Shown here piece after piece: positions 11,201 to 19,614 of a stretch of DNA of 64,000 bases (within the stretch, counting starts at the first letter, position 1; every line of letters begins with the position of its first letter). Under the pieces are notes generated by a model. That model was not told the origin of the DNA. It worked only from the letters and a program-made list of their open reading frames with translations, and searched no databases. Both the position numbers and the translations under genes were made by a program. The stretch comes from Candidatus Moraniibacteriota bacterium (GTDB lineage: Bacteria; Patescibacteriota; Minisyncoccia; Moranbacterales; UBA1568): the NCBI GenBank assembly GCA_041910335.1, contig JAYRRF010000024.1, forward strand, positions 18,529 through 82,528. Reading direction: 5' to 3'.

Positions 11201-11518
11201 GACTTGGCTGGCACCACCTGGGCTACTAGTCGAAGAAATCTTATCGACGGCAGGTATCTCAGCTACAGTATCTTCGAGTGGTCGCGTCACAAGGTCGTAC
11301 ACCTCTTCAGCTGAGGCGCCAGGAAATTCAGTAGTGATAACAAAGGCCGGCGCTACGATTTCTGGATTGTATTGTTTGGGCATGAGAACAAAAGAAATGA
11401 GTCCCCAGAAACCAAGGATAAGAATACTCAAGAAAGATATTTCTCGATTGGTGAGAAAAAAATGAGTCAGTTTGCCAGCAATGCCAAGAGAGGATTTGGG
11501 AAGAGTAGACATAAGCAC
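8255..11518 (-). CDS. RND-family efflux transporter permease (AcrB/HAE1-like, 1087 aa)
   Basis: 12-TM RND architecture with two large periplasmic loops. The stretch around VFVTGMMGPYMGPIPFFVPAALLVSLLLSVTINPYLA is typical of the family. Confidence 0.9.
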   Translation of the reverse strand: MLMSTLPKSSLGIAGKLTHFFLTNREISFLSILILGFWGLISFVLMPKQYNPEIVAPAFVITTEFPGASAEEVYDLVTRPLEDTVAEIPAVDKISSTSSPGGASQVTVQFLVGSNQEDAKISLNQKILDKSYLKPAGALTPLIQSVNPDDVPVIDIGVRSSELSQSSLRKLAQDIAEKLKRVSGVSTYEIKGGTVNHLQVSLNGEKLKATGISLDEVLRAIQSTNTIYTFDSLSGEDRNPLVSVEGNITNPDDLSRLIVRSQGQSLTRLGDIATITAGPGEITHSVWLHEKDTPREEIVHIALAKHAGINSTTVTDAVEQQLEEIRTSTLPQNTYLDVLNNEGETARAEIFKLTFDLIKSILIVGILLYIFLGFRNSLVASISIPLVLLAVFGLGLMADQTVNRITLFALILSLGLLVDDAIVVVENIARYFRLHPNEPNKIHLIVQAVNEVGGALSLSTLTMALAFLPMAFVTGMMGPYMGPIPFFVPAALLVSLLLSVTINPYLAHLFLAKGDNQNHHDYEQGFFYRLMQKIETRYAQFLSNLLAVHRQRRRFLLGIGFVLLISLILPLTPLVPFRMLPKANKDQFYIYLDLPKGTALSKTTLATQGLEDLLLKQPEVSGVESFIGTSQIIDFNGLFKGSSMRQGTEQATLKVRLTPHEERSITSEAIATETRHALPEYQTLFPDAHVRLMEDPPGPPVKSTYLLKIKGSDTKTLEAIAQDLAIKSQSIPGIVDLKTSVPERGYDYLYHLDREKAQLLGITPHDAVSALKTALSGTSAGLYHQTLHEGITKEEQEFIIVRYDQNSRNEESDLSLILLSAQDGTKVPLSEILTKDNSPASTTILTDGREETVYVSGEMENRSIIYAVLDLFPLLLNYHFPNGEAELHHWSLFGTNYQVPATGEPYSIEIDGEWKLTLEVFRDLGIAMGFAIFLIYFVLAAKAKSLFTPLLIMVSIPLSLIGVLPGFAILYALKGTYFNATSMIGVIALAGLAVKNAVIYLEYLEPLKQKGLPLVQALVEAGRIRLLPIVLTSLAAILGSLTIVSDPVWEGLAWSIILGLTASTLLTLIVFPLVYFVFERKKWDNKK

Positions 11519-12657
11519 TATTCGATATGGACGGAAGCATTGTCATGAAGAGAGTGTTGTCCTTCGATAACGACAATGTCATTAGTAGTAAGGCCATCGA
11601 GTACTTCTCGTTGGTTGCCAATACTTTGGCCAAGAGTAACTTTTTGCATGTGAGCATGATTGTCTTTGACTACGTACACATAGGTGTCATCGTAGACCCA
11701 GAGCAATGCCTTTTCCGGTATCAGAATGTGTTCATCAGCAGTAGGTTCTGTCAGAGTGAGGAGAGCCTGAACGTGGTCACCAATATGCACGTGTTGTCTC
11801 GCTTCTTTTCCGAGAGCAATGCGAATGCCCATTTCTTCAGAGCGCTCCCCGAGAGATTCTGCGATAGATATGATATGCGCAGGCACAGCGTCACCAGCCT
11901 CAGTCTCTAGCGTGATAGTGGTGTCTGAAGTAATAGCAGATCGATAGCTGCGAGGAACAGAGACAAATACCTCTAGCTCTTCGGGTGTGGCGAGTGTATA
12001 CAGGGGAGTGCTTGGTGAAACAAGGTTACCAAGGGAAGCTTGTCTTTCTAAGATGACACCACTGAAAGGAGCCCGCACGATAGTGTTGGCGAGCATAGCA
12101 TTAGCTATCAGTGATTGACTTTGAGTAGCAGCTTCACTAGTGAGTGCCTTTGCGATTTCGGCATCACGTAGACGCTTAGCGCTTATGACGCTTTCTTGGG
12201 CGACATCTACATCATGACTTGTGGCATCACCATTGCGCTTGGAAGCCTTCACTTGGTCAAGTGAAGCCTCTGCCTCAGCTACTTTTTGCTTGAAATAGCG
12301 AGCGGCTTCTTCGGTAGCAGCAGAGTTTTGTTCTGAGACCTGGTCGGCACCTGATGCACCTGCACGGAGTTCGCTTGCTTCAAGGACAGCAAGAACTTCT
12401 CCTTTGTGTACGAAGTCACCCTCGAGCTTAGTAAGACGGACTGTGTAGCCAGCGATACGCGGATAGACCACAGTATGGTTTTTACCTCTGGCAAATCCAG
12501 AAAATGCAATCTTTCGAGAGGCATGGGTGTCGGTAAGAGTAACGGTTTTGACTGGCGTTTCAGATGAAACGGTCATAACCCCTTCTTTTGCTTGAGCATA
12601 GTAATACCCAGCGCTTACGACCAAAAAGAAGATGATCCAAAAAATAGATTTTTTCAT
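11518..12657 (-). CDS. RND efflux membrane-fusion (periplasmic adaptor, HlyD-like) protein
   Basis: N-terminal signal anchor, coiled-coil hairpin (A/E/K-rich) and beta-barrel regions. Its stop overlaps the RND gene start at 11518. Confidence 0.85.
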   Translation of the reverse strand: MKKSIFWIIFFLVVSAGYYYAQAKEGVMTVSSETPVKTVTLTDTHASRKIAFSGFARGKNHTVVYPRIAGYTVRLTKLEGDFVHKGEVLAVLEASELRAGASGADQVSEQNSAATEEAARYFKQKVAEAEASLDQVKASKRNGDATSHDVDVAQESVISAKRLRDAEIAKALTSEAATQSQSLIANAMLANTIVRAPFSGVILERQASLGNLVSPSTPLYTLATPEELEVFVSVPRSYRSAITSDTTITLETEAGDAVPAHIISIAESLGERSEEMGIRIALGKEARQHVHIGDHVQALLTLTEPTADEHILIPEKALLWVYDDTYVYVVKDNHAHMQKVTLGQSIGNQREVLDGLTTNDIVVIEGQHSLHDNASVHIE

Positions 12658-12668
12658 AGAAAATTTTC

Positions 12669-13733
12669 TTAACGATTATGATTTCTCCCCATGCCATTAC
12701 CAGTTTCTTGAGGGGTGTTAAGGATGGCGGTTAGTTCTTCAGCACTTATGTACTGTGCTGCGTATGTCGTACCAGTTTTTTGTTCAAGCTGACGATTGAA
12801 AGCACGGAGATGGTTGCGTGATCCGCGAGTAAGGTTTTCGTACACATTTTGGATATCAGTTTTCTGAGTGCGTCCTAGAGCAGTGTTGATATCACGAATA
12901 TCTAGATCTTCAATAGTAGCACCCACGAGAAGAGCTTGTTCAAGAGATAGTACACCTTGTTTTGTGAGACTTATGTACAGTGCTTGGAGTTCTTGATTCT
13001 GAAAAGTCCCCGGAGTATCTGTAGCGACCGGATCTGGCAGACCGTACTTTTCGAGAAGTGCACCAACGGTGGCCATGTGAGTAGTTTCACTTTGGGAAAT
13101 ATTTTGAAAAATAGGAAGCTTCCACTGGTTGTACAGAGCTCTATACACATCTCTTGCGAGCTTTTCTTCTTCGCGGGTGAAGATAAGATCAGCCTTCTCT
13201 TCTGAAGAAAGGGTATCAGACGTCATAGCTGGTCCGCTTACAATATCAGCAGGAACGAGCATATCAGACTCATTTACGATGTATGTAGATGGATGTAGCC
13301 ACAGAAACCAGGCGAGTCCAGCGATAAAAGCTATTCCTAGCAGAAAGAAGGCAATAGTTTTTTTTGATACGTAAGGAAGAGCCATAGAGTAATGATTATT
13401 AGGAGAAGAAAGTTCACGAAGAGAATCTTGCATTGCTTGCCAGGCGATGAGACCACCAGAGACGTTGATGAGCTCACCGTTGACCCCAAGAGCATGAAGA
13501 GTCTCGATGGCCTTTTCAGAGCGTCTACCGCTCCGGCAATGGACATAGATAGTCTTTTTGTTGCGTAGCTCATCGACATGACCGAAGAGTGCATCGAGGG
13601 GTACATTGCGGACACCAGCAATATGGTGTTCCGCATATTCTTCGGGAGTACAGACATTGATGAAGTCGACCTCGGGAGAGGTGTTACCTTCGTGGAGTGC
13701 CTTCTGGAATTCTTCGACAGTGATGTGTTTCAT
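12669..13733 (-). CDS. Rhodanese-domain protein fused to a TM segment and a DUF2202 (ferritin-like) domain
   Basis: Rhodanese active-site loop IYVHCRSGRRSEKA, then a TM helix, then a C-terminal EEKLARDVYRALYNQW ferritin-like motif. Confidence 0.7.
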   Translation of the reverse strand: MKHITVEEFQKALHEGNTSPEVDFINVCTPEEYAEHHIAGVRNVPLDALFGHVDELRNKKTIYVHCRSGRRSEKAIETLHALGVNGELINVSGGLIAWQAMQDSLRELSSPNNHYSMALPYVSKKTIAFFLLGIAFIAGLAWFLWLHPSTYIVNESDMLVPADIVSGPAMTSDTLSSEEKADLIFTREEEKLARDVYRALYNQWKLPIFQNISQSETTHMATVGALLEKYGLPDPVATDTPGTFQNQELQALYISLTKQGVLSLEQALLVGATIEDLDIRDINTALGRTQKTDIQNVYENLTRGSRNHLRAFNRQLEQKTGTTYAAQYISAEELTAILNTPQETGNGMGRNHNR

Positions 13734-13744
13734 AGGGGAGAGTC

Positions 13745-13999
13745 CTAACCCTTGATGAGAGCGATGAGTTTACTGAACATCTCTTTCTCTTTGCTCGTAG
13801 TAGGTGAAGCAAAATGACGTAAGAGAAATGATTCAGTGAATTTTTGACGGAGCCCCGCAAAAGAACGTGAGGCAGAGAGAAGGGTCTCGCTCGCACGAAT
13901 ACAATTAGGTTCAGGGAGGAGGAGTTCCTTTTTGACAGCGAGAAGCTGGCCCTCGAGACGGCTAATATGGTCGATGATTGCTTTTTGTTCTTTGGTCAT
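13745..13999 (-). CDS. CsoR/CstR/RcnR-family (DUF156) metal- or persulfide-sensing repressor
   Basis: 84 aa with an all-helical pattern and a conserved Cys in LPEPNCIRASETLLSASRSF. It sits directly upstream of a palindromic operator. Confidence 0.7.
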   Translation of the reverse strand: MTKEQKAIIDHISRLEGQLLAVKKELLLPEPNCIRASETLLSASRSFAGLRQKFTESFLLRHFASPTTSKEKEMFSKLIALIKG

Positions 14000-14028
14000 A
14001 GGTGCTTGGTTATTTGGCTACTCTTCTT

Positions 14029-14048
14029 GTATACCATAGGGGGTATAC
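14029..14048. promoter_or_regulatory. Candidate CsoR-type operator: inverted repeat GTATACC-ATAGG-GGTATAC
   Basis: Perfect 7-bp arms around a G-tract, located 30 nt upstream of the repressor start. It resembles the B. subtilis CsoR operator ATACCnnnnGGGGTAT. Half-site-like GGGTATATAC and AGTATAC recur at 14062-14075 and 14099-14106. Confidence 0.6.
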
Positions 14049-14296
14049 TATAGTCAAGAGGAGAGGTAAAAAGGGTATATACTAAAAAGGTAAACAAATA
14101 GTATACAAATCTATGCATCAAGAAGACGAAATGAGTGAAGGCTACCCAGAGCAAGACCATCCAGAGCCTGGCGTTGTCTCAGTCAATGATGAGAGCTTTT
14201 CGGAAGGCGAGCTCCATATTCGCTACGAAGAGAAGCAGGCCGATATGGGTATTGATGAAGAGCGTCTTGCTGAGGAGTTCAGTGAACTTTAGAGCT

Positions 14297-14698
14297 ATGG
14301 ATACAAAAATGTGGTACATGCAGTTAGTCAAACCCGCCTGGGCACCGCCGAGCTATCTTTTCGGTCCCGTCTGGACGATTCTCTATGCTGTCATTGTTGT
14401 GACGTATGGGACTGTTCTCTACAAAGTCATCAAAGGAGAATGGCCGGCAGTTATCTTGATACCATTTGGACTCAACCTATTTTTCAACCTTATTTTTTCA
14501 CCCATACAGTTCGGCCTTCAGAATAACGTGCTTGCAAGTATCGATATTCTTCTGGTGCTCATGACTCTCATCTGGATGATTGTCACTATCTTTCCATACG
14601 CAAGATGGATTGCCTTTGCCAATGTTCCGTATCTTCTTTGGGTCGCTTTTGCTACTGTGCTTCAGTTAACGATTACGTATCTTAATTGGGGAAAGTAA
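14297..14698 (+). CDS. tspO: TspO/MBR-family tryptophan-rich sensory protein
   Basis: MWYMQLVKPAWAPPSYLFGPVWTILY signature plus 5 TM segments. Start is placed at the ATG at 14297; the ORF-track start at 14135 adds a non-homologous extension. Confidence 0.75.
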   Translation: MDTKMWYMQLVKPAWAPPSYLFGPVWTILYAVIVVTYGTVLYKVIKGEWPAVILIPFGLNLFFNLIFSPIQFGLQNNVLASIDILLVLMTLIWMIVTIFPYARWIAFANVPYLLWVAFATVLQLTITYLNWGK

Positions 14699-14756
14699 GT
14701 TGTATTTTTTCCAGGGGTTGCTATCATAGAGACATCTAAAATTTTTTATAAAAGTT

Positions 14757-17700
14757 ATGCAAAAGACTTTTGTTGGGGCAGTAGTTGTCTTGATGGGAGT
14801 CTTTTGTCTTTTTTCTTCGGCGGAGGCAGCAACGATTGTGAACGGAGCTCTGCCGGCAAGTACTACTTGGACAAAAGCGGGGAGTCCATACATAGCTACT
14901 GGTGTGACGGTGCCAGCTGGCATGATGCTTACTATTGAGCCAGGAGTTATCGTGAAGTTAAGAGGAACACAAGCTCTTTATTCAGCTGGTACTCTCAATA
15001 TAGGCGGGGATGGTGAGCCTGTGATCATCACGACTCAGAAAGATGATAGTTATGGTGGCGATACCAATAATGACGGATCAGCTACAGCGCCCTCTAAGTC
15101 AGACTGGTGTTATATTGGAGTACATACCAATGCTACTCTGATAGTCAAGAATACTCACATCTACTATGGAGGTTGCACTCCTACCTATGGTCAGTTGTAC
15201 AACTTCGGAGGAGTAATGGTGGTAGAGAATTCGCTTCTTACCAAGAGTGGACAGTTCGGTCTTTTAGCTGCCAGCGGTAACACCACTTTCCGCAACAACG
15301 AAGTGACGGGCAATGTTATCGGAGTGCGCTATCATAGTGGTACTCTGACTATGGAGGGAAATAGCATCCATGACAATCTCGAGTATGGTATGACCAATAC
15401 GTCGCTCGCTCATACAGTAGTAGACGCGCGCAATACCTGGTGGGGTGACACGACCGGACCACTCCATGTCACCACCAATCCGAATGGTCTCGGTAACAAG
15501 GTGTCGGACTATATTCTCTACACGCCCTGGAAAGACTGCTTCAATAACTGTGTATCGAATGTGATGTTTTTACCAGGCATCATGGGGACGAGACTGTACG
15601 GCACCGGTGACGAAGAGCTCTGGGTCTCGAGTAGTGATAGTAAGCAGGAGCGGATGGAGATGAACTCAGACGGTATCAGCAAACATGATATCTATACCAA
15701 GGATGACACGATGAGGGGGAACGAAATAGATGAGACAGGTATCGTTGATGATATCTATGGAGCTAACTTGTACCAGTCATTTCTTAATGACTTGCGTGAC
15801 TGGAAGACAGAAGGGGTGTATAGCGACTATGCTTTTATTCCCTATGACTGGCGTTTATCACTTGATGATATCGTCATGAATGGTCGAGTAGATGTATCAG
15901 GTAATCTCCGCTATACAGAGAACAATACAGACTTGACCCAGAGTTATCTTTACCAGAAGGCCAAAGCCTTACAGCTAAGCTCCAAGTCAGGTAAGATCAC
16001 TCTCATTGGACATTCCAATGGAGGGCTCGTCATCAAGGCCTTCGTCCAGAAATTGAAAGATGTGAATGATCCACTCTACCACACTATCGATAAAATCATC
16101 CTCGTCGGTGTACCGCAGACCGGGACACCTGACAGTATCGTGAGTATGCTCTACGGATCCAAGATCGGTATTGCTTGGCTCGGAGTCTCTGATAGACGCA
16201 CTCGCTCCCTCATCCATGATATGCCGACGATGTACAATCTTCTTCCGAGCGAGAGACTGTTTGATACTATCAACCCACCCATTGAATTCGTTGGAAGCAA
16301 TATCGACCCGAGTTGGACGAGTCGCTATGGTGAAAAAATTAATACCTATGGAGAGCTCCAAGATTTCCTCGGAGGCAGTGAAGGGAGAAGTCGACCAGAG
16401 TTTGCGGATACCTATGCACCAGAGGTGCTCAACCATAACATGCTCAGTCAAGCAGAGGGAGTTCATCAAGTGCTTGATAATTGGACGCCAGCTCCAGAAA
16501 CAGAAGTAGTGCAGATAGCTGGCTGGGGAATGTACACTGTGGCAGGGCTAAAAGTGACTGATGATAAGAAGTGTATCTTCAATAGCAACCAACTCATCGG
16601 CGGCAGACCGGTCTGTGTAGAGATCAGAGGAAGTGTCACAGTTGAGGATAAAATGACGCTCAATGGTGATGCAACAGTGCTCGTACAGAGCGCACATAAT
16701 ATTCCGGAGAGCGGGAATGTGAAGAAGTATTGGATTGATTTAGGTCGTTATAATACCAGAGCTTTCGTGCAGCGATTTATACCAGACACAAAACATAAAG
16801 ACGTTCTTGAAATGAATTCTATCCGTCCTTTCATAAAATCTCTCATTAATAAAAGTATCAGTACAGATTTTGACTATATTAGTTCTTTTGAGCCAGAACC
16901 CATTAATGATCCATACATTAAATATGACATCCACTCACCATTACATCTGACCGTCACTGATGCTAATGGACGAGTGGTCGGCTGGGACGCATCAAGCGGT
17001 GAGATAGTCGAGCACGTCAAGGGGGCGCAGTACTTCGAGATAGGAGAGAATAAGACTGTATTGATACCGAAAGCCACTCTGCACACTGTCCGACTCACTG
17101 CCTATGAAGAGGGGTCATTCACGCTCGGAGTGAGTGAGCTTTCTGGTGAGAGTGTCACGAGTGAGACGAAGTTCACCGCTATCCCGACTCTCGCTCACTC
17201 AGTAGTAGAGGTGACTCCAGCGACAGAGACAGTACCTCTCGGTATGCAGGTAGACTTCGATGCCGATGGTACAGTAGAGACGACGCTCGAGGCAGTGCCA
17301 GGAGAAGTGACAGAGTACGAAAATCCAGTCCCTCTTGATACGACGCCACCAGAGACGACACTCAGTCTTGATGGACCTGTAGGGATGAATGGTTGGTATA
17401 GAGGCGATGTACGCATCACTCTTACGACGGAAGAAGGTGCTACGACAGAATATTCACTTGATGGTGGTAGCTGGCAGACATATACTGAGCCGTTCACGGT
17501 TACTCGAGAGGGGATTACAGAGCTTCATTACCGCTCTATCGATGTGGCGAGGAATATAGAAGAGACTCAGTCAAGTGAGATCAAGATAGACATACTGCCA
17601 CCAGAGGCCAAGATAGGTTTCGATGTAGCCACTGGTACACTCAAGGTGGTTGGTCTACAGGAAGGTATTCAGGTGGAGTCTACTAGCATGACGTATCTTT

Positions 17701-18089
17701 TGACTGACCAGGCGGGCAATACTACAAGACTGATGTTCGGTAAGATCAAAGAAAAAGAAAAGAAAGAACAAGGGGAGTATATATTGCGAGCGCTCCAGTA
17801 TGACCAAGAGCCGGTGATCAACCTCAAAGATACGAACCTCAAGTATTTCTACAAAGGGGAGAAAAAGCGAGATGATGCTAAGGCATTCACTTCATCTCTA
17901 CGAACTCATACTCAGAGGCTTATCGCACACTATGTGAAGAAACGCAACCAGACATATATCATGGACAAAACAGAGAGTGAAGATGATGACCCGGAGACAT
18001 GCGAAAAGCGAAAGATAAAGAAGGTTTTATCAGGCCTCGTGGTACCATATATGGAGACAGAGAAGGGGAAAATAAATATTAAATATTAA
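14757..18089 (+). CDS. Large secreted multidomain protein (1110 aa): signal peptide, parallel beta-helix repeats, GxSxG lipase/esterase domain, C-terminal Ig-like domains
   Basis: Signal peptide MQKTFVGAVVVLMGVFCLFSSAEA. PbH1-like repeats (NNEVTGNVIGVRY, GNSIHDNLEYG). Lipase-type nucleophile elbow LIGHSNGGLVIKAF (PGAP1/DUF676-like). Chitobiase/Big-like C-terminal modules (YSLDGGSWQTYTEPFTVTREGITELHYRSIDVARN). Confidence 0.8.
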   Translation: MQKTFVGAVVVLMGVFCLFSSAEAATIVNGALPASTTWTKAGSPYIATGVTVPAGMMLTIEPGVIVKLRGTQALYSAGTLNIGGDGEPVIITTQKDDSYGGDTNNDGSATAPSKSDWCYIGVHTNATLIVKNTHIYYGGCTPTYGQLYNFGGVMVVENSLLTKSGQFGLLAASGNTTFRNNEVTGNVIGVRYHSGTLTMEGNSIHDNLEYGMTNTSLAHTVVDARNTWWGDTTGPLHVTTNPNGLGNKVSDYILYTPWKDCFNNCVSNVMFLPGIMGTRLYGTGDEELWVSSSDSKQERMEMNSDGISKHDIYTKDDTMRGNEIDETGIVDDIYGANLYQSFLNDLRDWKTEGVYSDYAFIPYDWRLSLDDIVMNGRVDVSGNLRYTENNTDLTQSYLYQKAKALQLSSKSGKITLIGHSNGGLVIKAFVQKLKDVNDPLYHTIDKIILVGVPQTGTPDSIVSMLYGSKIGIAWLGVSDRRTRSLIHDMPTMYNLLPSERLFDTINPPIEFVGSNIDPSWTSRYGEKINTYGELQDFLGGSEGRSRPEFADTYAPEVLNHNMLSQAEGVHQVLDNWTPAPETEVVQIAGWGMYTVAGLKVTDDKKCIFNSNQLIGGRPVCVEIRGSVTVEDKMTLNGDATVLVQSAHNIPESGNVKKYWIDLGRYNTRAFVQRFIPDTKHKDVLEMNSIRPFIKSLINKSISTDFDYISSFEPEPINDPYIKYDIHSPLHLTVTDANGRVVGWDASSGEIVEHVKGAQYFEIGENKTVLIPKATLHTVRLTAYEEGSFTLGVSELSGESVTSETKFTAIPTLAHSVVEVTPATETVPLGMQVDFDADGTVETTLEAVPGEVTEYENPVPLDTTPPETTLSLDGPVGMNGWYRGDVRITLTTEEGATTEYSLDGGSWQTYTEPFTVTREGITELHYRSIDVARNIEETQSSEIKIDILPPEAKIGFDVATGTLKVVGLQEGIQVESTSMTYLLTDQAGNTTRLMFGKIKEKEKKEQGEYILRALQYDQEPVINLKDTNLKYFYKGEKKRDDAKAFTSSLRTHTQRLIAHYVKKRNQTYIMDKTESEDDDPETCEKRKIKKVLSGLVVPYMETEKGKINIKY

Positions 18090-18095
18090 AATTGT

Positions 18096-18503
18096 ATGAC
18101 AAGAAAATCATCTTTACGTGGGAGTGTTTTGTTGACTGTTATTTTTGTAGCACTCCTTTTTTTAGAGGAGTCAGTAAAATCAAATTTTTGTGGATCACGC
18201 GACTTGTCTTGTTGGAGAAATTACAACTTAATATTAACAATATTATTACTAAGTCCTACTCTTCTCATCTCTTCCCTTGCATCACTAAAAGCCTCAGATG
18301 AAGCGTTCAGCAAATGGAAGAGTATGACACTGTACTTCATCCCAGCCTATCTCCTCATTGTTATTCTGACTCCGTGGGATATGGGCAATGCTATGGCGGG
18401 ACCAAGTCTTTCCAAGGGTATGGTCGCTTTGGCACTGTGTGTCATCTATCTTGTTTTCTCGGTATTCTACCTTCTCACCAAATCCAGCAGAAAAATCTCT
18501 TAG
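18096..18503 (+). CDS. Hypothetical small membrane protein
   Basis: ORF with 3-4 predicted TM helices in an AT-rich region. No recognisable motif. Confidence 0.35.
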   Translation: MTRKSSLRGSVLLTVIFVALLFLEESVKSNFCGSRDLSCWRNYNLILTILLLSPTLLISSLASLKASDEAFSKWKSMTLYFIPAYLLIVILTPWDMGNAMAGPSLSKGMVALALCVIYLVFSVFYLLTKSSRKIS

Positions 18504-18635
18504 CTTCTTAATAACAAAAAACAGTCCTTCTTTCGAGGGTTGTTTTTTTATCTTGATAACGCTATACTGATCAGTTCCTTAATAACTGCATAAAATCAGA
18601 TTGATTGAGAGAAATCCAGCAAAAGGACCGAAATC

Positions 18636-19397
18636 ATGGAACAGACACCAATTGAGGAAGCTGGCTCACCTCAAGCGGTGAGACCATGGACAGTAATGGG
18701 AATTCAGAAGTTAGTCGCCACATATTTCGGGGTAGAAGTCCTCGATCTCAAATCAAAGGCTCGAAGGAGAGCCGTCTCTCATCCCAGGCAGGTAGCTGTC
18801 TATCTCATCAAAAAGTTCTTTGGTGAGCGCTATAGCTATCCATGGATCGGGGGTAGGTTTGGCGGACGGGACCACTCGACGATGATTCATGCTTACCGAT
18901 GCATTGAAGAAGGGATCGGCAAGAATCCCACTTTGCATCATGACGTCATGACTTTGTGGCACCGCATCACTTTGCAAGGTCCGCCACAAGATGGTGTGGA
19001 TTTCGTGATAGAGCCGAAGGTCAGGCAAGAAAAGAGAGAACCTGATTTTCCTCAAGTAGTGGCAGTGAAAGTACCTGAATTACCAAGGCCAAAGCCCGTC
19101 TTGGCAAGCGCGGAGGTTCGCAGGGTAGTAGCTGATCACTACAGCGTAGAGATACGCTATCTTGAGGACATTCATGATGACGAATACTATCGGTTTTGTC
19201 GAGAAGTGCTGATATTCTTGCTCCAGTACCTCGAGCGACAAGGAGTTGTCATCGGGCATGACCAGTTCTGTGGCACAGAAGAAGAAAGGAGAAAGACCTA
19301 CCGGTACATCCACGGAGTATCGAGAGGAGACAGAGAAATTCGATCCGATATTGAAAGTATCTTGGCGACGCTGGACAAGCTCTCCATCATCCCATGA
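18636..19397 (+). CDS. Standalone DnaA C-terminal (domain IV, DnaA-box-binding HTH) protein with no AAA+ domain; second half looks like a degenerate repeat of the same domain
   Basis: Residues about 20-95 (IQKLVATYFGVEVLDLKSKARRRAVSHPRQVAVYLIKKF...IGGRFGGRDHSTMIHAYRCIEEG) match DnaA domain IV closely. The C-terminal stretch VRRVVADHYSVEIRYLEDI reiterates the start of that domain. GC is elevated. Confidence 0.7.
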   Translation: MEQTPIEEAGSPQAVRPWTVMGIQKLVATYFGVEVLDLKSKARRRAVSHPRQVAVYLIKKFFGERYSYPWIGGRFGGRDHSTMIHAYRCIEEGIGKNPTLHHDVMTLWHRITLQGPPQDGVDFVIEPKVRQEKREPDFPQVVAVKVPELPRPKPVLASAEVRRVVADHYSVEIRYLEDIHDDEYYRFCREVLIFLLQYLERQGVVIGHDQFCGTEEERRKTYRYIHGVSRGDREIRSDIESILATLDKLSIIP

Positions 19398-19422
19398 TAT
19401 TTCAGGTGCTTCAGTGAAGCGA

Positions 19423-19453
19423 TGGCAGCCCACCTCAAGAGGCTGCCTTTTTG
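19423..19453 (+). terminator. Rho-independent terminator
   Basis: GGCAGCC-cacctcaaga-GGCTGCC followed by TTTTT. Confidence 0.75.
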
Positions 19454-19471
19454 TTTCCCAAAATCAGAGTT

Positions 19472-19502
19472 TTCTACTTGGAGATCGAATCTCCAAGTAG
19501 AA
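19472..19502. repeat. Perfect 14-bp inverted repeat with 3-nt spacer (TTCTACTTGGAGAT-cga-ATCTCCAAGTAGAA)
   Basis: Verified by reading: the two arms are exact reverse complements and no T-run follows. It lies in the intergenic DNA after the DnaA-domain gene. Confidence 0.7.
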
Positions 19503-19614
19503 GTGAAGAGATGGCTGGAGATTGACGGGAGAAGGATTTTGCTTTAGGGTGAAGGCAAGAAGGAGGAGGGTGACACCCTCCTTTGCTGTTTAACAAAAGA
19601 AAGGACGCCTTGTC

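Noticed and set aside
15987-16469. ORF 15987..16469 (-) and other 60-110-aa ORFs inside the 1110-aa secreted protein, RND, SNF2 and methyltransferase genes
   Set aside because: They are nested antisense or out-of-frame ORFs within long genes that have strong domain support.
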